Part shown: in pieces, positions 37,047 to 47,879 of the stretch
How positions within the stretch are numbered: position 1 is the stretch's first letter
How the letters are laid out: every line of letters begins with the position of its first letter
From: Craspedostauros australis
Taxonomy: Eukaryota
Direction: 5' to 3'
Assembly: GCA_030167865.1 (NCBI GenBank)
Contig: JALAGF010002905.1
Location: 1 to 64,000 of the forward strand
Length of the DNA: 64,000 nucleotides
The notes under the pieces: generated by a model
Databases searched by the model: none
Told to the model about the DNA's origin: nothing
Seen by the model: only the letters and a program-made list of their open reading frames with translations
Program-made: the position numbers and the translations under genes

Positions 37047-38963
37047 ATGGAACTGCCATCGATCGGACACTGGAAGCAGGGCGATGAGGAGGACATCTCC
37101 GAGATTCACGATTGCCTCTGCCCGAATTGTGGGGAGGGCAACGCCAAGACGCTGATGCTGCCCACCATGGTGCCTGGCTTCCGCGAGATCATCATCGCCA
37201 CCCTCATCTGCCCCGACTGCAACTTCAAGAACTCCGAGGTCTCGTTCGGTGGCGAGATCCAACCGCAAGGAACGCGCATAACGCTGGCCGTCCAATCGTC
37301 GGACGACATGAACCGTCAGGTGCTCAAGAGCGATTCGGCGACCGTGCTCATTCCCATGCTGGACCTCGAGATCCCATCCACCACGCAGCAGGGCAGTCTC
37401 ACGACCTTGGAGGGTGTGCTGTCCAGGGTGATGGAGAATCTCACCGAATTGCAACCGCAGCGTTTGCAGATGGGTGATATTGACAATTTCCACCGATGCC
37501 AGGCCGTCATCGATAAGATCAAGCGCATCATCGGCGAAGGTGACGATGACGATGATGATGATGACGATGAAGAAGAGGAGGAAGGGCCCCTCTTCCCATT
37601 CGAATTCATCGTCGACGATCCTGCCGGCAACTCCTTCATTGAGAACCCGCATGCGCCCAAGCCTGATCCCAACATGACGAGCAAGAACTACGATAGAACG
37701 CCAACCCAGGACATGGCCTTGGGTTTGCAGCCATCGCAGGCGGCTGTCGAAGAAGGCACCATCAGCGACGCTAACCCAGCCCACAAGAATATTGCCAATG
37801 CCGCCTCCAACAAGGCCGTCGAACTGGACAAGCAGCAGGAATCCACTATCGGCCGACAGGAGGTCATGAAGTTCCCAACCGAGTGCTCCAACTGTCACAA
37901 GTCTGCCGAGACCACGATGTGCGTCACCGACATCCCGCACTTCAAGGAGGTCATCATCATGAGCCTGATCTGCGATGCATGCGGGTACAAATCGAACGAG
38001 ATCAAGGGCGGCGGCGCCATCCCCGAGCACGGTTGCCGCATCACCCTCACAGTCCGATCGCAGGCTGATTTGGCGCGCGAGGTGCTCAAGAGCGACACCG
38101 CCGGAATTCAGATACCCGAAGTGGAATTGGAACTGCAGGAGGGTGGGTTGGACGGCGTCTACACCACCGTGGAAGGTCTCATCGACAAGATCCGCGATCG
38201 CTTGGAAAAGGCCAACCCCTTTGGCTCCGGAGATTCCGCGACCAAGCAGCATCTCTCCAACGATGGTGGCGCATACTCCAAGCCGAGTGCGACGACCGTG
38301 CGGTACATGGAATTCCTGCAGGAATTGAGAGACCTCTCGGCCGGCAACGTCTTCCCATTCACCCTCATCATCAATGACCCGCTGGCCAACTCCTTCGTGG
38401 GACCGATCCCGGACGACGCTATCGCGCTTTCGTTGCAGGCTGAAAAGGATGGCAACAACGCCTGCTTCGAGGTCTATGTGGACAAGGGCATGGAGATTGA
38501 GCAATTCGAACGCACATTCGATCAGAACGAAGATCTGGGACTCAACGACATCCAAACGGAGAATTACAACGCCGAGGTCAGCGACTACGGAACGGACAAA
38601 TTCGCAGAGCTGCCCGATCGCATCCGCAAGGTCGACATCCGCGGCCCGGATCATCCGCATGAGGTTGGCAAGGCTCCCGTGGAGGGTGACACGACGGTGA
38701 TGGGCGCCAAGAGCGCCAACTTTAGCGTCCCTTCGATTACGCAACGTGGCGAGCTCAAGACATCAGCAGCTGCTGCAGCAACAACAAAAACGGAGGACGA
38801 TGACACCGAGGCACTGCGAACGAAGATTGAAACGATGGAGAATGAAGATGATGCATTTGTTGCTGCCGCCACGTTCGATGCCAGTAGGGAGGGCATGGTG
38901 TTCAAGCAAGGTACCAAGGGACTGGGTTACTACACCGACAAGCCATTGACCGAGCTGCAGTAG
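37047..38963 (+). CDS. ZPR1: ZPR1 zinc finger protein (two ZnF-A/B modules) with extra C-terminal tail
   Basis: CPNC..PGFREIII..CPDCNFKNSEV, DMNRQVLKSD, DDPAGNSFIENP, CSNC..DIPHFKEVIIM..CDACGYKSNEIK, TTVEGL, DPLANSF and RTFDQNEDLGLNDI. Confidence 0.95.
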   Translation: MELPSIGHWKQGDEEDISEIHDCLCPNCGEGNAKTLMLPTMVPGFREIIIATLICPDCNFKNSEVSFGGEIQPQGTRITLAVQSSDDMNRQVLKSDSATVLIPMLDLEIPSTTQQGSLTTLEGVLSRVMENLTELQPQRLQMGDIDNFHRCQAVIDKIKRIIGEGDDDDDDDDDEEEEEGPLFPFEFIVDDPAGNSFIENPHAPKPDPNMTSKNYDRTPTQDMALGLQPSQAAVEEGTISDANPAHKNIANAASNKAVELDKQQESTIGRQEVMKFPTECSNCHKSAETTMCVTDIPHFKEVIIMSLICDACGYKSNEIKGGGAIPEHGCRITLTVRSQADLAREVLKSDTAGIQIPEVELELQEGGLDGVYTTVEGLIDKIRDRLEKANPFGSGDSATKQHLSNDGGAYSKPSATTVRYMEFLQELRDLSAGNVFPFTLIINDPLANSFVGPIPDDAIALSLQAEKDGNNACFEVYVDKGMEIEQFERTFDQNEDLGLNDIQTENYNAEVSDYGTDKFAELPDRIRKVDIRGPDHPHEVGKAPVEGDTTVMGAKSANFSVPSITQRGELKTSAAAAATTKTEDDDTEALRTKIETMENEDDAFVAAATFDASREGMVFKQGTKGLGYYTDKPLTELQ

Positions 38964-39056
38964 CACGGAGCATGGAACATGGAACATTAAGCATATACTC
39001 GTCGCAAACATGCGAGTATTGACTGCAGTATAGTATATTGCAATGGCGACTTCTCA

Positions 39057-39094
39057 CTCTCTCTCTCTCTCTCCAGAGAGAGAGAGAGAGAGAG
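39057..39094. repeat. Abutting (CT)n and (AG)n microsatellites forming an inverted repeat
   Basis: A 17-nt CT run at 39057-39073 and a 20-nt AG run at 39075-39094. Confidence 0.9.
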
Positions 39095-39293
39095 CAATGC
39101 CAAATACGAATCCGTCACTAAATGCTCGCACCAAAGAGAGAGAGAGGAAGTATGAGTACGAGTGGAGTATTTGTGTGTAACTTAGCAGTACTACTCATAA
39201 TTAAGTTTGTGAGATGGCGAGTTGAGTATACAGAGCAGTACGTAGAGGATGTGGATTGGTCCATTCCATTCCTCTCTCCGAGTATTCTACTCT

Positions 39294-41222
39294 CTAGAAA
39301 CCATCGTCGAAGTCATCATCGAACATGCCACCCGGCGCTCCCTCCCTCTGCTGCTTCTCGACCATGGCCCGAAGGATGGCCGCCTGCATGGGATTCAGCA
39401 CGGTGCCCATGCCCTCCTTCCCGTCCAGGACGCCAACGTGAACGGCACAGCCAAGGGCGACGGCCTCGTCAGGGTCGACGGTCCTCTGCGGCACCACGCC
39501 GGTCAAGGCAGCGATCAATCGAGAAATGACAGGCATCCGAGATGCCCCACCCACGAGCACGACCCTCGAGATGGGACGTCCCGAGATGCCATCCTCACGG
39601 ACCTTCACATCGGACTTTGCAACACTTGCGGCTCTCTGTGCCTCCGCTCGGTACTGCCGTTCCTGCTTCGATACGTTGCGGGCCTTCTTGCGTCCCTTCT
39701 GCTGCGCCTTCTTGATGGCCTTCATCTGGTCCGTCTGTTCCAGCAAGGCAAGCGCCTCCGCGTCCTCGCCCTCGCTCGTTGCAGCGATCATCTCTTCCTC
39801 CTCCTCGCGCATCGCCTCTTCCATCTCCATCGCAGATTCCACCAGGGACGGACGTGTATCGCCCGGCAACAAGGCACCAGCCATGATGGCGACCTGTCGG
39901 ATCGGTGTCAGCAAGCCCTGCAGCTCATCGGCGCACAGCAGCTCCATCTGACGACGCGTCAATCGGTGATGCACGTGCGTGGCGTTCTTGTATTCGGGAT
40001 CGAACTTGGCATCCTCCACGATGATGGTGTTGCTATCCATAGCGGTGCTCCATCCTTCTTCCGTGCGGGGCAGGGCCAGATTGGCAGCGCGGTTGTTGGA
40101 AAGGTAAATGCGAATGTGTTCCGCCGCAGCCGACAGGATACCCATCGTCGTGCCGGATGTGGTCGGCGTGCGCGATGTGGTCTTGAGGAACTGGTAGATT
40201 TTGGCGTCGAAATTGACGCCCCCCAATTGTGAATCACCGGCGGTGCAAACAACTTCGGTGAGACCTTCGCCGACGAGCAGCATGCTGACATCGTAGGTTC
40301 CGCCGCCGAGATCAAAGACTAGCACCAGCTCTTCTTCGTCGAGATCCTTGTCGACACCGTATGCCAGCGCTGCAGCTTCGGGCTCACGCAACAGTTTGAC
40401 CTTGTCGATGCCGGCCATGTTGGCCGCTTGCGTGGTGGCTTCGCGCTGGGCATCGTTGAAGTAGGCCGGGACGCCGATCACGGCACGCGTGATTTCCATG
40501 TTGGTACTTTGCTTCGCCACGTCCAGGAGCTTGATCAGGATTTGGGACGAGATGGCGATTGGCGAAACGGTGTTGTCACCATCTTCATCTTCATCATCAT
40601 CATCATTGCCGCCCATGATCGATCGCAGCATGATGGGGTTGTTGCGCCCATCGTCCAGCTGCTTTTGAAGGGACGGCGCCTTCTTATGCTTCGAGGATTT
40701 CTTCTTCTTCCTGGTATCCTCAATGAGCAGATGAGGAACGACCTTCATGAGCTCGGGTGACAGATACTGACTGCCCATGCCGATGACGCGCTTGACGTGA
40801 TGGTACCCAATCTTCCCCGACTGCTGCTCGGCTTCCACCGCGTCGTTGCCCACGAGGATCTGAGCACCGCCACCGCCCGATGCGTCGCCCTTCGCGAAGG
40901 TGACGATGGATTTCATTGTGCGACCGTTGTTGGGGACATCGATGATCGTCGGGACATCATCATCCTTCAAGAATGCAATGGCGGAGTTGGTCGTTCCCAG
41001 GTCGATGCCCACGCCGATCTCCTTGCTTGCCATCCAACGTGATGTCGGATGATGCGAACGCGGATACGACTGTGCATGGTTGCCATGTTCGTTCCGCGTG
41101 ATCAGGCTTGGGGCGTTCCTGTCGATGACGAAGCCATCTATCCTGGTGACTGCAGAATAAGAATGCAAGGCCAGCAAGGCGACGACAATCCTCTTGCTTG
41201 TTGACATCTTGGTTGTTTGCAT
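39294..41222 (-). CDS. Hsp70/DnaK-like protein, nucleotide-binding domain only, with probable bipartite plastid presequence (alternative ATG at 41207)
   Basis: GIDLGTTNS, VPAYFNDAQREAT, EPEAAALAYG, VFDLGGGTYDVS, LGGVNFD, LVGGASRMP and VDPDEAVALG. The ORF stops about 50 aa after the last motif. Confidence 0.88.
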   Translation of the reverse strand: MQTTKMSTSKRIVVALLALHSYSAVTRIDGFVIDRNAPSLITRNEHGNHAQSYPRSHHPTSRWMASKEIGVGIDLGTTNSAIAFLKDDDVPTIIDVPNNGRTMKSIVTFAKGDASGGGGAQILVGNDAVEAEQQSGKIGYHHVKRVIGMGSQYLSPELMKVVPHLLIEDTRKKKKSSKHKKAPSLQKQLDDGRNNPIMLRSIMGGNDDDDEDEDGDNTVSPIAISSQILIKLLDVAKQSTNMEITRAVIGVPAYFNDAQREATTQAANMAGIDKVKLLREPEAAALAYGVDKDLDEEELVLVFDLGGGTYDVSMLLVGEGLTEVVCTAGDSQLGGVNFDAKIYQFLKTTSRTPTTSGTTMGILSAAAEHIRIYLSNNRAANLALPRTEEGWSTAMDSNTIIVEDAKFDPEYKNATHVHHRLTRRQMELLCADELQGLLTPIRQVAIMAGALLPGDTRPSLVESAMEMEEAMREEEEEMIAATSEGEDAEALALLEQTDQMKAIKKAQQKGRKKARNVSKQERQYRAEAQRAASVAKSDVKVREDGISGRPISRVVLVGGASRMPVISRLIAALTGVVPQRTVDPDEAVALGCAVHVGVLDGKEGMGTVLNPMQAAILRAMVEKQQREGAPGGMFDDDFDDGF

Positions 41223-42139
41223 CGCTTTGTGACGATGGATGATGGATGATGCACAATGGATGATGGATGATGGGCGACAGATGCCAAAGAAGGAAGCATC
41301 AGCTCATTTTTTGGTTGGTTGGCGTCTCCGTTGATTCGGATCACGCACGAGTCCCGCAACCCCATTTTCGCCAGATTATCGTTGCTCTAACTTTGTTTTT
41401 AATAGCCTTATCTCGACGATTCGCTCGCCACCCCAGACGACATGTAACCAAGATGGCGGCACTATCATCATCATCATCATCATCGAATAGAGATCAGTAA
41501 CTTCTTGAGCTCTGTCTTCATCCATGGCTTGCATGTCTATACTCGTTTAGGTCCAACATCAAGATTGGTTGGGAACAGAATCGAGCCTCCTCACGATGGT
41601 GGATGCAACTCGCAACTTCCATCCATTGTGCCCCTGCAATCCCATGACCAAATGACATGCGGACATGATGAGCACCCTCCATGTCACCATCACTCACCAA
41701 TGTGAAGCGGAATGATCTTCATGTTTGTTCTATCACAGGATACTAGTGTACAGTTAGAGTATGATACCGCGTGGTGGATGGATCACGAATGTGTCCGACG
41801 TGTGTCTCTGCGCGGCAGCATTCGCACGGATAGCAGAGGATCAGCACCACAGAATATATTCCCCGAAACGTTCGCTGTCCATCGCTCGACGTATGCTGTC
41901 GTACGAGCTGCTAGAAGCACTCCATACGAATGGCTCGTATACGTAGAGTACTGTCTGCGGCAGTCGTTGTTGGCGGTCGAAACATGATGATGTCCCGAAC
42001 TTCGCAGTGCGGTGCGTTGGGTCGCACCGCATGGCGTTTGTCTTTTTTCCCTTGCTCCTGACCAAGTCAGCTTGCTTTGCATGAAAAGTCTTTGAAGTAT
42101 GTATGGTGGTGTATTCGAGGGTGAGGTCTCTCGCCCACT

Positions 42140-43075
42140 CTACGAATCAAAGCCGTGATCGAAGCGCGTGTCGTGCAGGTACTGCTTGACGTCAAAGCTT
42201 TTCGTCTTGTTGCCACCCACAAGCATCCACGGCGCTGCTTGATCGAGGGAGACGAGGTCACCGAATTCCTGCTTCTTCTGGCGTTCCGAGTTGACGAACT
42301 GCACCTTCTTCCTCGTCTCCGTGCCGATGAAGGGCTTGAGGAGGGACCAGAAGAAGAGGAAGGACGTGGGCGTGTTGAGGAGGTATACTCTCTTGACGCG
42401 ACCCGGGTAGTTCTGTCGCAGCTTCTCCATGAATTCGTTGCTGAGCGACATGGGGGCGGCGTGATGTGACTTGAAACCGGTGTAGTTGCCGATGACGGTG
42501 ATCTGCTGCTCCCTGCCCTTGCTCTGTCGTTCCGTCGCGGCGATGGCGCGTTCGAAGTTGTAGAGACTCTCCTTGATGAACCACTCCTGATCGAAGTCCT
42601 TCGTTCTGGCGGCGTAGATGGTGTAGATGGCACGACCGCACTTGTCGTGGCCCATGACGAAGACGCGACCAGAATCCATCCGTGACTCGAGCTTTTCTCT
42701 GTACGTGGCGTAGCGGGCGGCTGTGTCGGCATCGAGGTTGAGGTCCTTGGCATGGAAGCAGAGCCTGAGACCGTCCACATCCGTCTCCTTGCGGAATTTG
42801 ATGGCGTTGCGGTACTTGCCCATGGCCACGTCGTACTGACCCTTCTTGGATTCCAGATGTCTCATGGCCATGGCCTTCGCGTGCTTGAGCTGCTCCTCCT
42901 TGAGGTTGTCGGCATCTCCGGTCACGGACTTCCACAGGTAGTCGAAGGATGACCGGGCGGCGCATTCGCGTTCCTCCTCCGTCAGGTCCTCCACCATGCG
43001 CGTCGTCAGCGCCGCGAGGTCCGATTCGGAAACATGCCTCGATGAGGATGAGAAGAAGCTGATTCCTCCTGTCAT
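42140..43075 (-). CDS. CRAL-TRIO/Sec14-like lipid-binding protein (about 311 aa)
   Basis: GHDKCGRAI, LRQNYPGRVKRVYLLNTP..FWSLLKPFI..ETRKKVQFV. Start at MTGGISFF; the longer ORF extension looks like 5' UTR. Confidence 0.9.
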   Translation of the reverse strand: MTGGISFFSSSSRHVSESDLAALTTRMVEDLTEEERECAARSSFDYLWKSVTGDADNLKEEQLKHAKAMAMRHLESKKGQYDVAMGKYRNAIKFRKETDVDGLRLCFHAKDLNLDADTAARYATYREKLESRMDSGRVFVMGHDKCGRAIYTIYAARTKDFDQEWFIKESLYNFERAIAATERQSKGREQQITVIGNYTGFKSHHAAPMSLSNEFMEKLRQNYPGRVKRVYLLNTPTSFLFFWSLLKPFIGTETRKKVQFVNSERQKKQEFGDLVSLDQAAPWMLVGGNKTKSFDVKQYLHDTRFDHGFDS

Positions 43076-46000
43076 TGTCTGTACTGGCGTTTGCGTTTGC
43101 CTTTGCGATTGCCTTTGCGTTCGTGAAAATGTGAGTGCGCTTGTCTTAGATGCACCTGAGTGGATTCTGTGAGATGCAATGGATTGGTTGGTTCGTCGCT
43201 TCAGATGGGTCGACAATGTCCTCGTGTTCGTGCTCTTGCGTTTGGCAAGAAGATGCTGGATGCTTGTGCTTATTGGTATGCTTGCGCTTGGAATGGATGG
43301 TGTTGGTGTTGGTGTTGATGTTAATGCTGGAGTACTTGCATGTGTTGCGGGATTGTAAAATGTGATCAGTGGTGCGATCGTGACACGCGCGATGTGAACG
43401 AAGAGGAAAACGGGGATGGTGGTTGCAGAAGAGAAACAGGAATGTGTCCACTCTCTCCGGCGTGGGTGAGTGAGTTGGTGTGTGTCTCTTGGAGGAGGTG
43501 TTGGTGTCGGCCTTTCGGTTCTGGAAACCAATCGCAGGGAAGGAGAAAAGGAAGAGAGAAAATCGATGTGCGTCCACGTGCGCATTCGTGTGGGTTGGAA
43601 TGACCTTGTTAGCGTGCAACAGAGTGGAACGTGCGGAAGAAGCAGGTACAAAGTGCACGATGGGCAAGAGAAGAAGACTCGTTTTGTCACTCCATCGCGT
43701 GTTTTCGCTCCACTTGGTGCTGACGGGTGTCGGTTTTCATCCGTTTGTTCGGAACTCAGGCGGCCACCCGTTATTTCCGCTCTTGCGCAAACAGAGAGTC
43801 GTTATCGTTAACGTTCGACTAACATCCAATTCAGTTGTTCGCGTACTTCCGGACGGGCAGCACATCCGCATCTGTGCGATTCGTCTCGATTGTTTTTTGC
43901 AATTTTTGTTCCGAAACGATCCGAGAAGTTAACCTTGCCTCCGGATGTGGTGGGGTGAACGCAACTATGACATGTGTGGAATAATCACGAAACGTCCTTT
44001 GTGCCGACCGGCGCCAGTCCGTACGACATCTCGCCGGGTGTTCGATGCGGTCAAGCCGGACAAAATAGTTTGGAAATAGTTTTTCCGAAACGATCACGAA
44101 GCGCCTTTTTTCCTCACAAAATCAGACGTGGATGTATCCGCAAACAAAACCACGAACAGGGCTCTTCACGAAACAAGGACAACAAGGAGGACATCAACGA
44201 CCACAACCCCACCAACACCGACAGGGAGAAAGCAAACCATTCCTCCATCAAACTTCTCCCATCGACTTGGATGGTTGGCATCATGCCACATGCCATACAC
44301 AGCTCGTGCTCCAGAACGATCACGAGAAGGATCGGAGACTGCAACGATAGAGTAGAGTGCTCGCACATTCATGCATTCATCCATCCATTCTGTTCTGTAT
44401 CTCTGGAGTAATTGGAAAGTCGCGCAGAGTACAGGACACTTGGCTATCTCCGACATCACGCCGATGTCGGTGGAAAGGCGAAAAGAGAAGCAAGGCACAG
44501 AGCCTGGTTGGATCACTCTGCTCAAATAGTAGTAGCTCGTACGAGGACGCGCAAACCATGCCCGGATCGTGTCATTGCAACCACAAGACACGATTGCACA
44601 AGTTGTTCCCATTCTCGTCTTGACCTTGTGGTGCGGAACAATCCATTCGCACACATCCTGGGCCTCCTGTGGTCAACTTGCCAACCTCATGTGAACAGGT
44701 TTGATAATTGCAGACAGAACGGTGCAAGCGGTTGCAATGTGAACAGTATTGTGTTGGGTCGCAGAATTTAGGTTGTACACAAGTATCCACTTGCGCTCAC
44801 AGACGACACCAAGCCTTGGGAACAATCGACTACGCCGTGAATGATTCGAATGGTCACGATCCTCGTCGCAAGAGTCATGGGACGTATGAGTATAACAGGA
44901 GGAGCAGAGTATGGCAAGGCGAAGCGAGGCACTCGCAATGCGAAGGGAGTACTCAGGCTACGCACGGTATGGTACGCATGTTGTACCATGTTGCACCAAG
45001 GTGGTGGATGATTGATTGCGGGCTCCCGACGTAGGAATCGCAAGTCCGCATGGGATGCAACTGTTGCTTTTTGTCGTTTTCCCAATTTGTTCGCAGCAGA
45101 CCTCGCTTTTGTCACGGAGAGGTGGCTGCATGCGAATCCTGTGCAATTACATGGATTATATAATAACATGCCTTGGCAAAGTATTGCGGTCGTTGTGCAG
45201 ATGACGGTACGCTTTGGGGCAAATGATAGTGTGCTCCATGAAAGTCATGGCGTCGTCACGGAACCTGGATGAGAATCCCATGTTCAAGACTGCAGAGCAC
45301 ATGATAGTCTCTGCCCATGTAGTTGCATTGATGATGGTAATGCGTTGCCGTCGGAGCACGTTGAACGGTGTGCAGAGGAAGAACTTGGACTGTTCACACT
45401 GACACGAGAGCTGTCATCGACCAACGCCGTCTCCACAGCAGACTTGAAGCAGACCGTCCGTCGGAATGATGGCTGTGATGATGACGATACGATTCTGTGG
45501 CAGATGTGCCCATGGTGAAGATGCGAACGATGGATGGCATGCTCACTTGAGGTTGCAGGATGCTGTCTTGGCCTCTGGATTTCTGCAATGAAGACGATCT
45601 TGCGGCGTGGAGGAGTGCAACATAGTCGTACCCGTGGGTACCAACACCAACGTCAACCTCAAGCCTGGCTGCGGCCCAAACAACGGTAACGGCAACAAGG
45701 AGAGGAAGAAGAACAAGAACTGATTCCCAATCGTTGACAGGCTGTTGATGAAGATGATGAACGAAACCGTGAGATCCAATCTCCTCTCTTGGATTCAATC
45801 ATCGGTTCAACCGCAACTGTTGAACATGGATGTTTTGCTTGTGCGATGAAGATGAACATCGAGAGGAACGAATGATTGGATGTCAAAGTTCAGGAGTTTC
45901 CGCCAGTTCATTCCACAATCACCAGTCCCGTTTGAAGTTCATTGGGGGCTGGGTCACGGTTGAACCGAATCTTGAACGTGGCACATGTCTCTTGATGCCC

Positions 46001-46255
46001 TTTTTCCTTTCCGTCGTGCGTACTACCGCAACAGTTTCAGTTGCTCTCTGTCTGTCGTTCCCAACCAGCCAAAGAGAAAGAGACACGACGTTGCGAGATG
46101 GATGTCAACAATCTCCACCAAAGCGTGTGTGTCCTTGCGTGTACCTTGTACCACTTTGGTATTGACGAGTTACCGTTCTGCGAAGTCTGTCACCAATCAA
46201 TCATAAAACCAACCTGTCGATCAACTCCATCAATCAACTACTCAACACCATCAAA

Positions 46256-46879
46256 ATGAAGCTCGCCATCGCCGCCCTCCTCGCCGGTTCCGCCGCCGCA
46301 TTCGCCCCATCCCAGTCTGCCAAGACCACCTCTGCCCTCCAGGTCAGCGAGCTCGAGCTTGGTGTCACCGAGCCACTCGGTGTCTACGACCCACTTGGAT
46401 GGTTGGAGACTGAGCCAGAGTCCTTCGAGCGCCGTCGTGCCGTCGAGCGCAAGCACGGACGTGTTGCCATGGCCGCCGTCGTCGGATGCATCGTCCACAA
46501 CAACCACATCGTCTTCGACGGATACCTTTCCCCATCCGCCGGCCTCAAGTTCTCCGACATCCCAACCGGAACTGACGGAATCCGCGCCATCCCAACCGCC
46601 GGACTCGCCCAGATCTTGGCCTTCTTCGCCCTTGTTGAGCTCGCATGGATGCCAGCCTCCAAGTACGACGGAGACTACGGCGTTGGCTACTTCGGTTCCA
46701 ACATCGAGGACCCAGAGGAGAAGGCCCGCAAGCTGAACGTCGAGCTCAACAACGGACGTGCCGCCATGATGGGTATCTTCGGAAACATGGTTGCCGAGCA
46801 GCTCACTGGCCAGACCATGTACGAGCAGTACGCCGCCGGACACATCTCCCCATTCGGTGATGGCCAGGGTGTCTTCTAA
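46256..46879 (+). CDS. Light-harvesting protein, Lhcf15/red-shifted-antenna-like, copy A (207 aa, intronless)
   Basis: AAAFAP presequence, YDPLGWL, FERRRAVERKHGRVAM, ELAWMPASKYDGDYG, ELNNGRAAM and C-terminal GHISPFGDGQGVF. From memory this resembles Phaeodactylum Lhcf15. LHC identity is secure; the subfamily needs checking. Confidence 0.93.
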   Translation: MKLAIAALLAGSAAAFAPSQSAKTTSALQVSELELGVTEPLGVYDPLGWLETEPESFERRRAVERKHGRVAMAAVVGCIVHNNHIVFDGYLSPSAGLKFSDIPTGTDGIRAIPTAGLAQILAFFALVELAWMPASKYDGDYGVGYFGSNIEDPEEKARKLNVELNNGRAAMMGIFGNMVAEQLTGQTMYEQYAAGHISPFGDGQGVF

Positions 46880-47879
46880 GCAGCTGCATGCTCACGCATC
46901 ATCTGTATGTCGACAACGACATGGCCTCTGTAAATACTCAAAATAGATTCTAAACTTTTGCACGCCAACACAATTCTCATCTCCTTTCTCGCGTGATGCA
47001 TTTGTAGGATTCCAGCAGCACGTGGAGCGCTGTGTTGACAATCGTCGACTGGATGGCTTCCGGAAAACAGCAGTCAGCGTGCCTTCCAATAGTTGCGCAA
47101 TACCGAAAACAGGAGACACCAGCTGACAATCGCAGTGCGATGACATGCTCTGGGGAAGTGTGCCAAATCCAAATGCATCAACCGCCTGTCTCTGCCTTTG
47201 ACTATTCTTCAAGGAAAGAGGGAGGCGTGGTGTATGGTACCAGACGGATAGAGGATAGCCCTCTTCTGTTCATCGAAATGTTGTCCTCATGGTGGTCCCT
47301 TCCGTCGCTGCGCCTGATTCTCAACTCACTCAAGTTGAAGTTGTCAACGCAACCGACGCAACGCGCAGCACATGCTCCTTCGCATCAGTTCACCAGTGAC
47401 TGCTGATTGTCCTTCCATCTTCATCATCTGCGACGCATGCTCCGAACCGTGAAGCACGGTATGCATTGCCACAGAGTACGAGCTACGAGTACGAACATAC
47501 AGAGTAAAGCAATACAGTCAATGAGTGTTGGTGCGGTACCCTCCCTAACATTCAGGAGCATTGACTGAGCAGGTCGCCATCCAGTGGCGGAATACCTACA
47601 AGCTATTATACATACGCACTTGTGGAGACCACAGGGCAGGAAGCTGCCGTCCCGTTCTAACCAACAGCGCAGCCCTCTCCAGCCACAACATAATAACAGC
47701 ACAGCTGCAGTCAATGTGATGAACCAAACGAGGACTACTGCTCTGATAGGCTCTTTGTGTGTGTGTGTAAACTTGTGTTTTTGGTTGAAACTAGTCAAAC
47801 TTATGCTGGTATTTTATGGACATGTTTCGAGGCTGTTCTGCGTGGGTGAGGACACCGCTACAAGAGGTCAGCGACTAAT

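Noticed and set aside
36960-38744. 594-aa antisense ORF over ZPR1, and similar long antisense ORFs over the LHC, Hsp70-like, MAPK, NOC3, AAGAB and transporter genes
   Set aside because: Codon-bias shadows: sense genes rarely use TTA/CTA/TCA, so the reverse frame lacks stops. No motifs in the translations.
43076-43690. 205-aa N-terminal extension of the CRAL-TRIO ORF
   Set aside because: Non-ATG start and A/C-rich leader-like sequence. The same reasoning applies to the extensions at 14469, 50640 and 59295.
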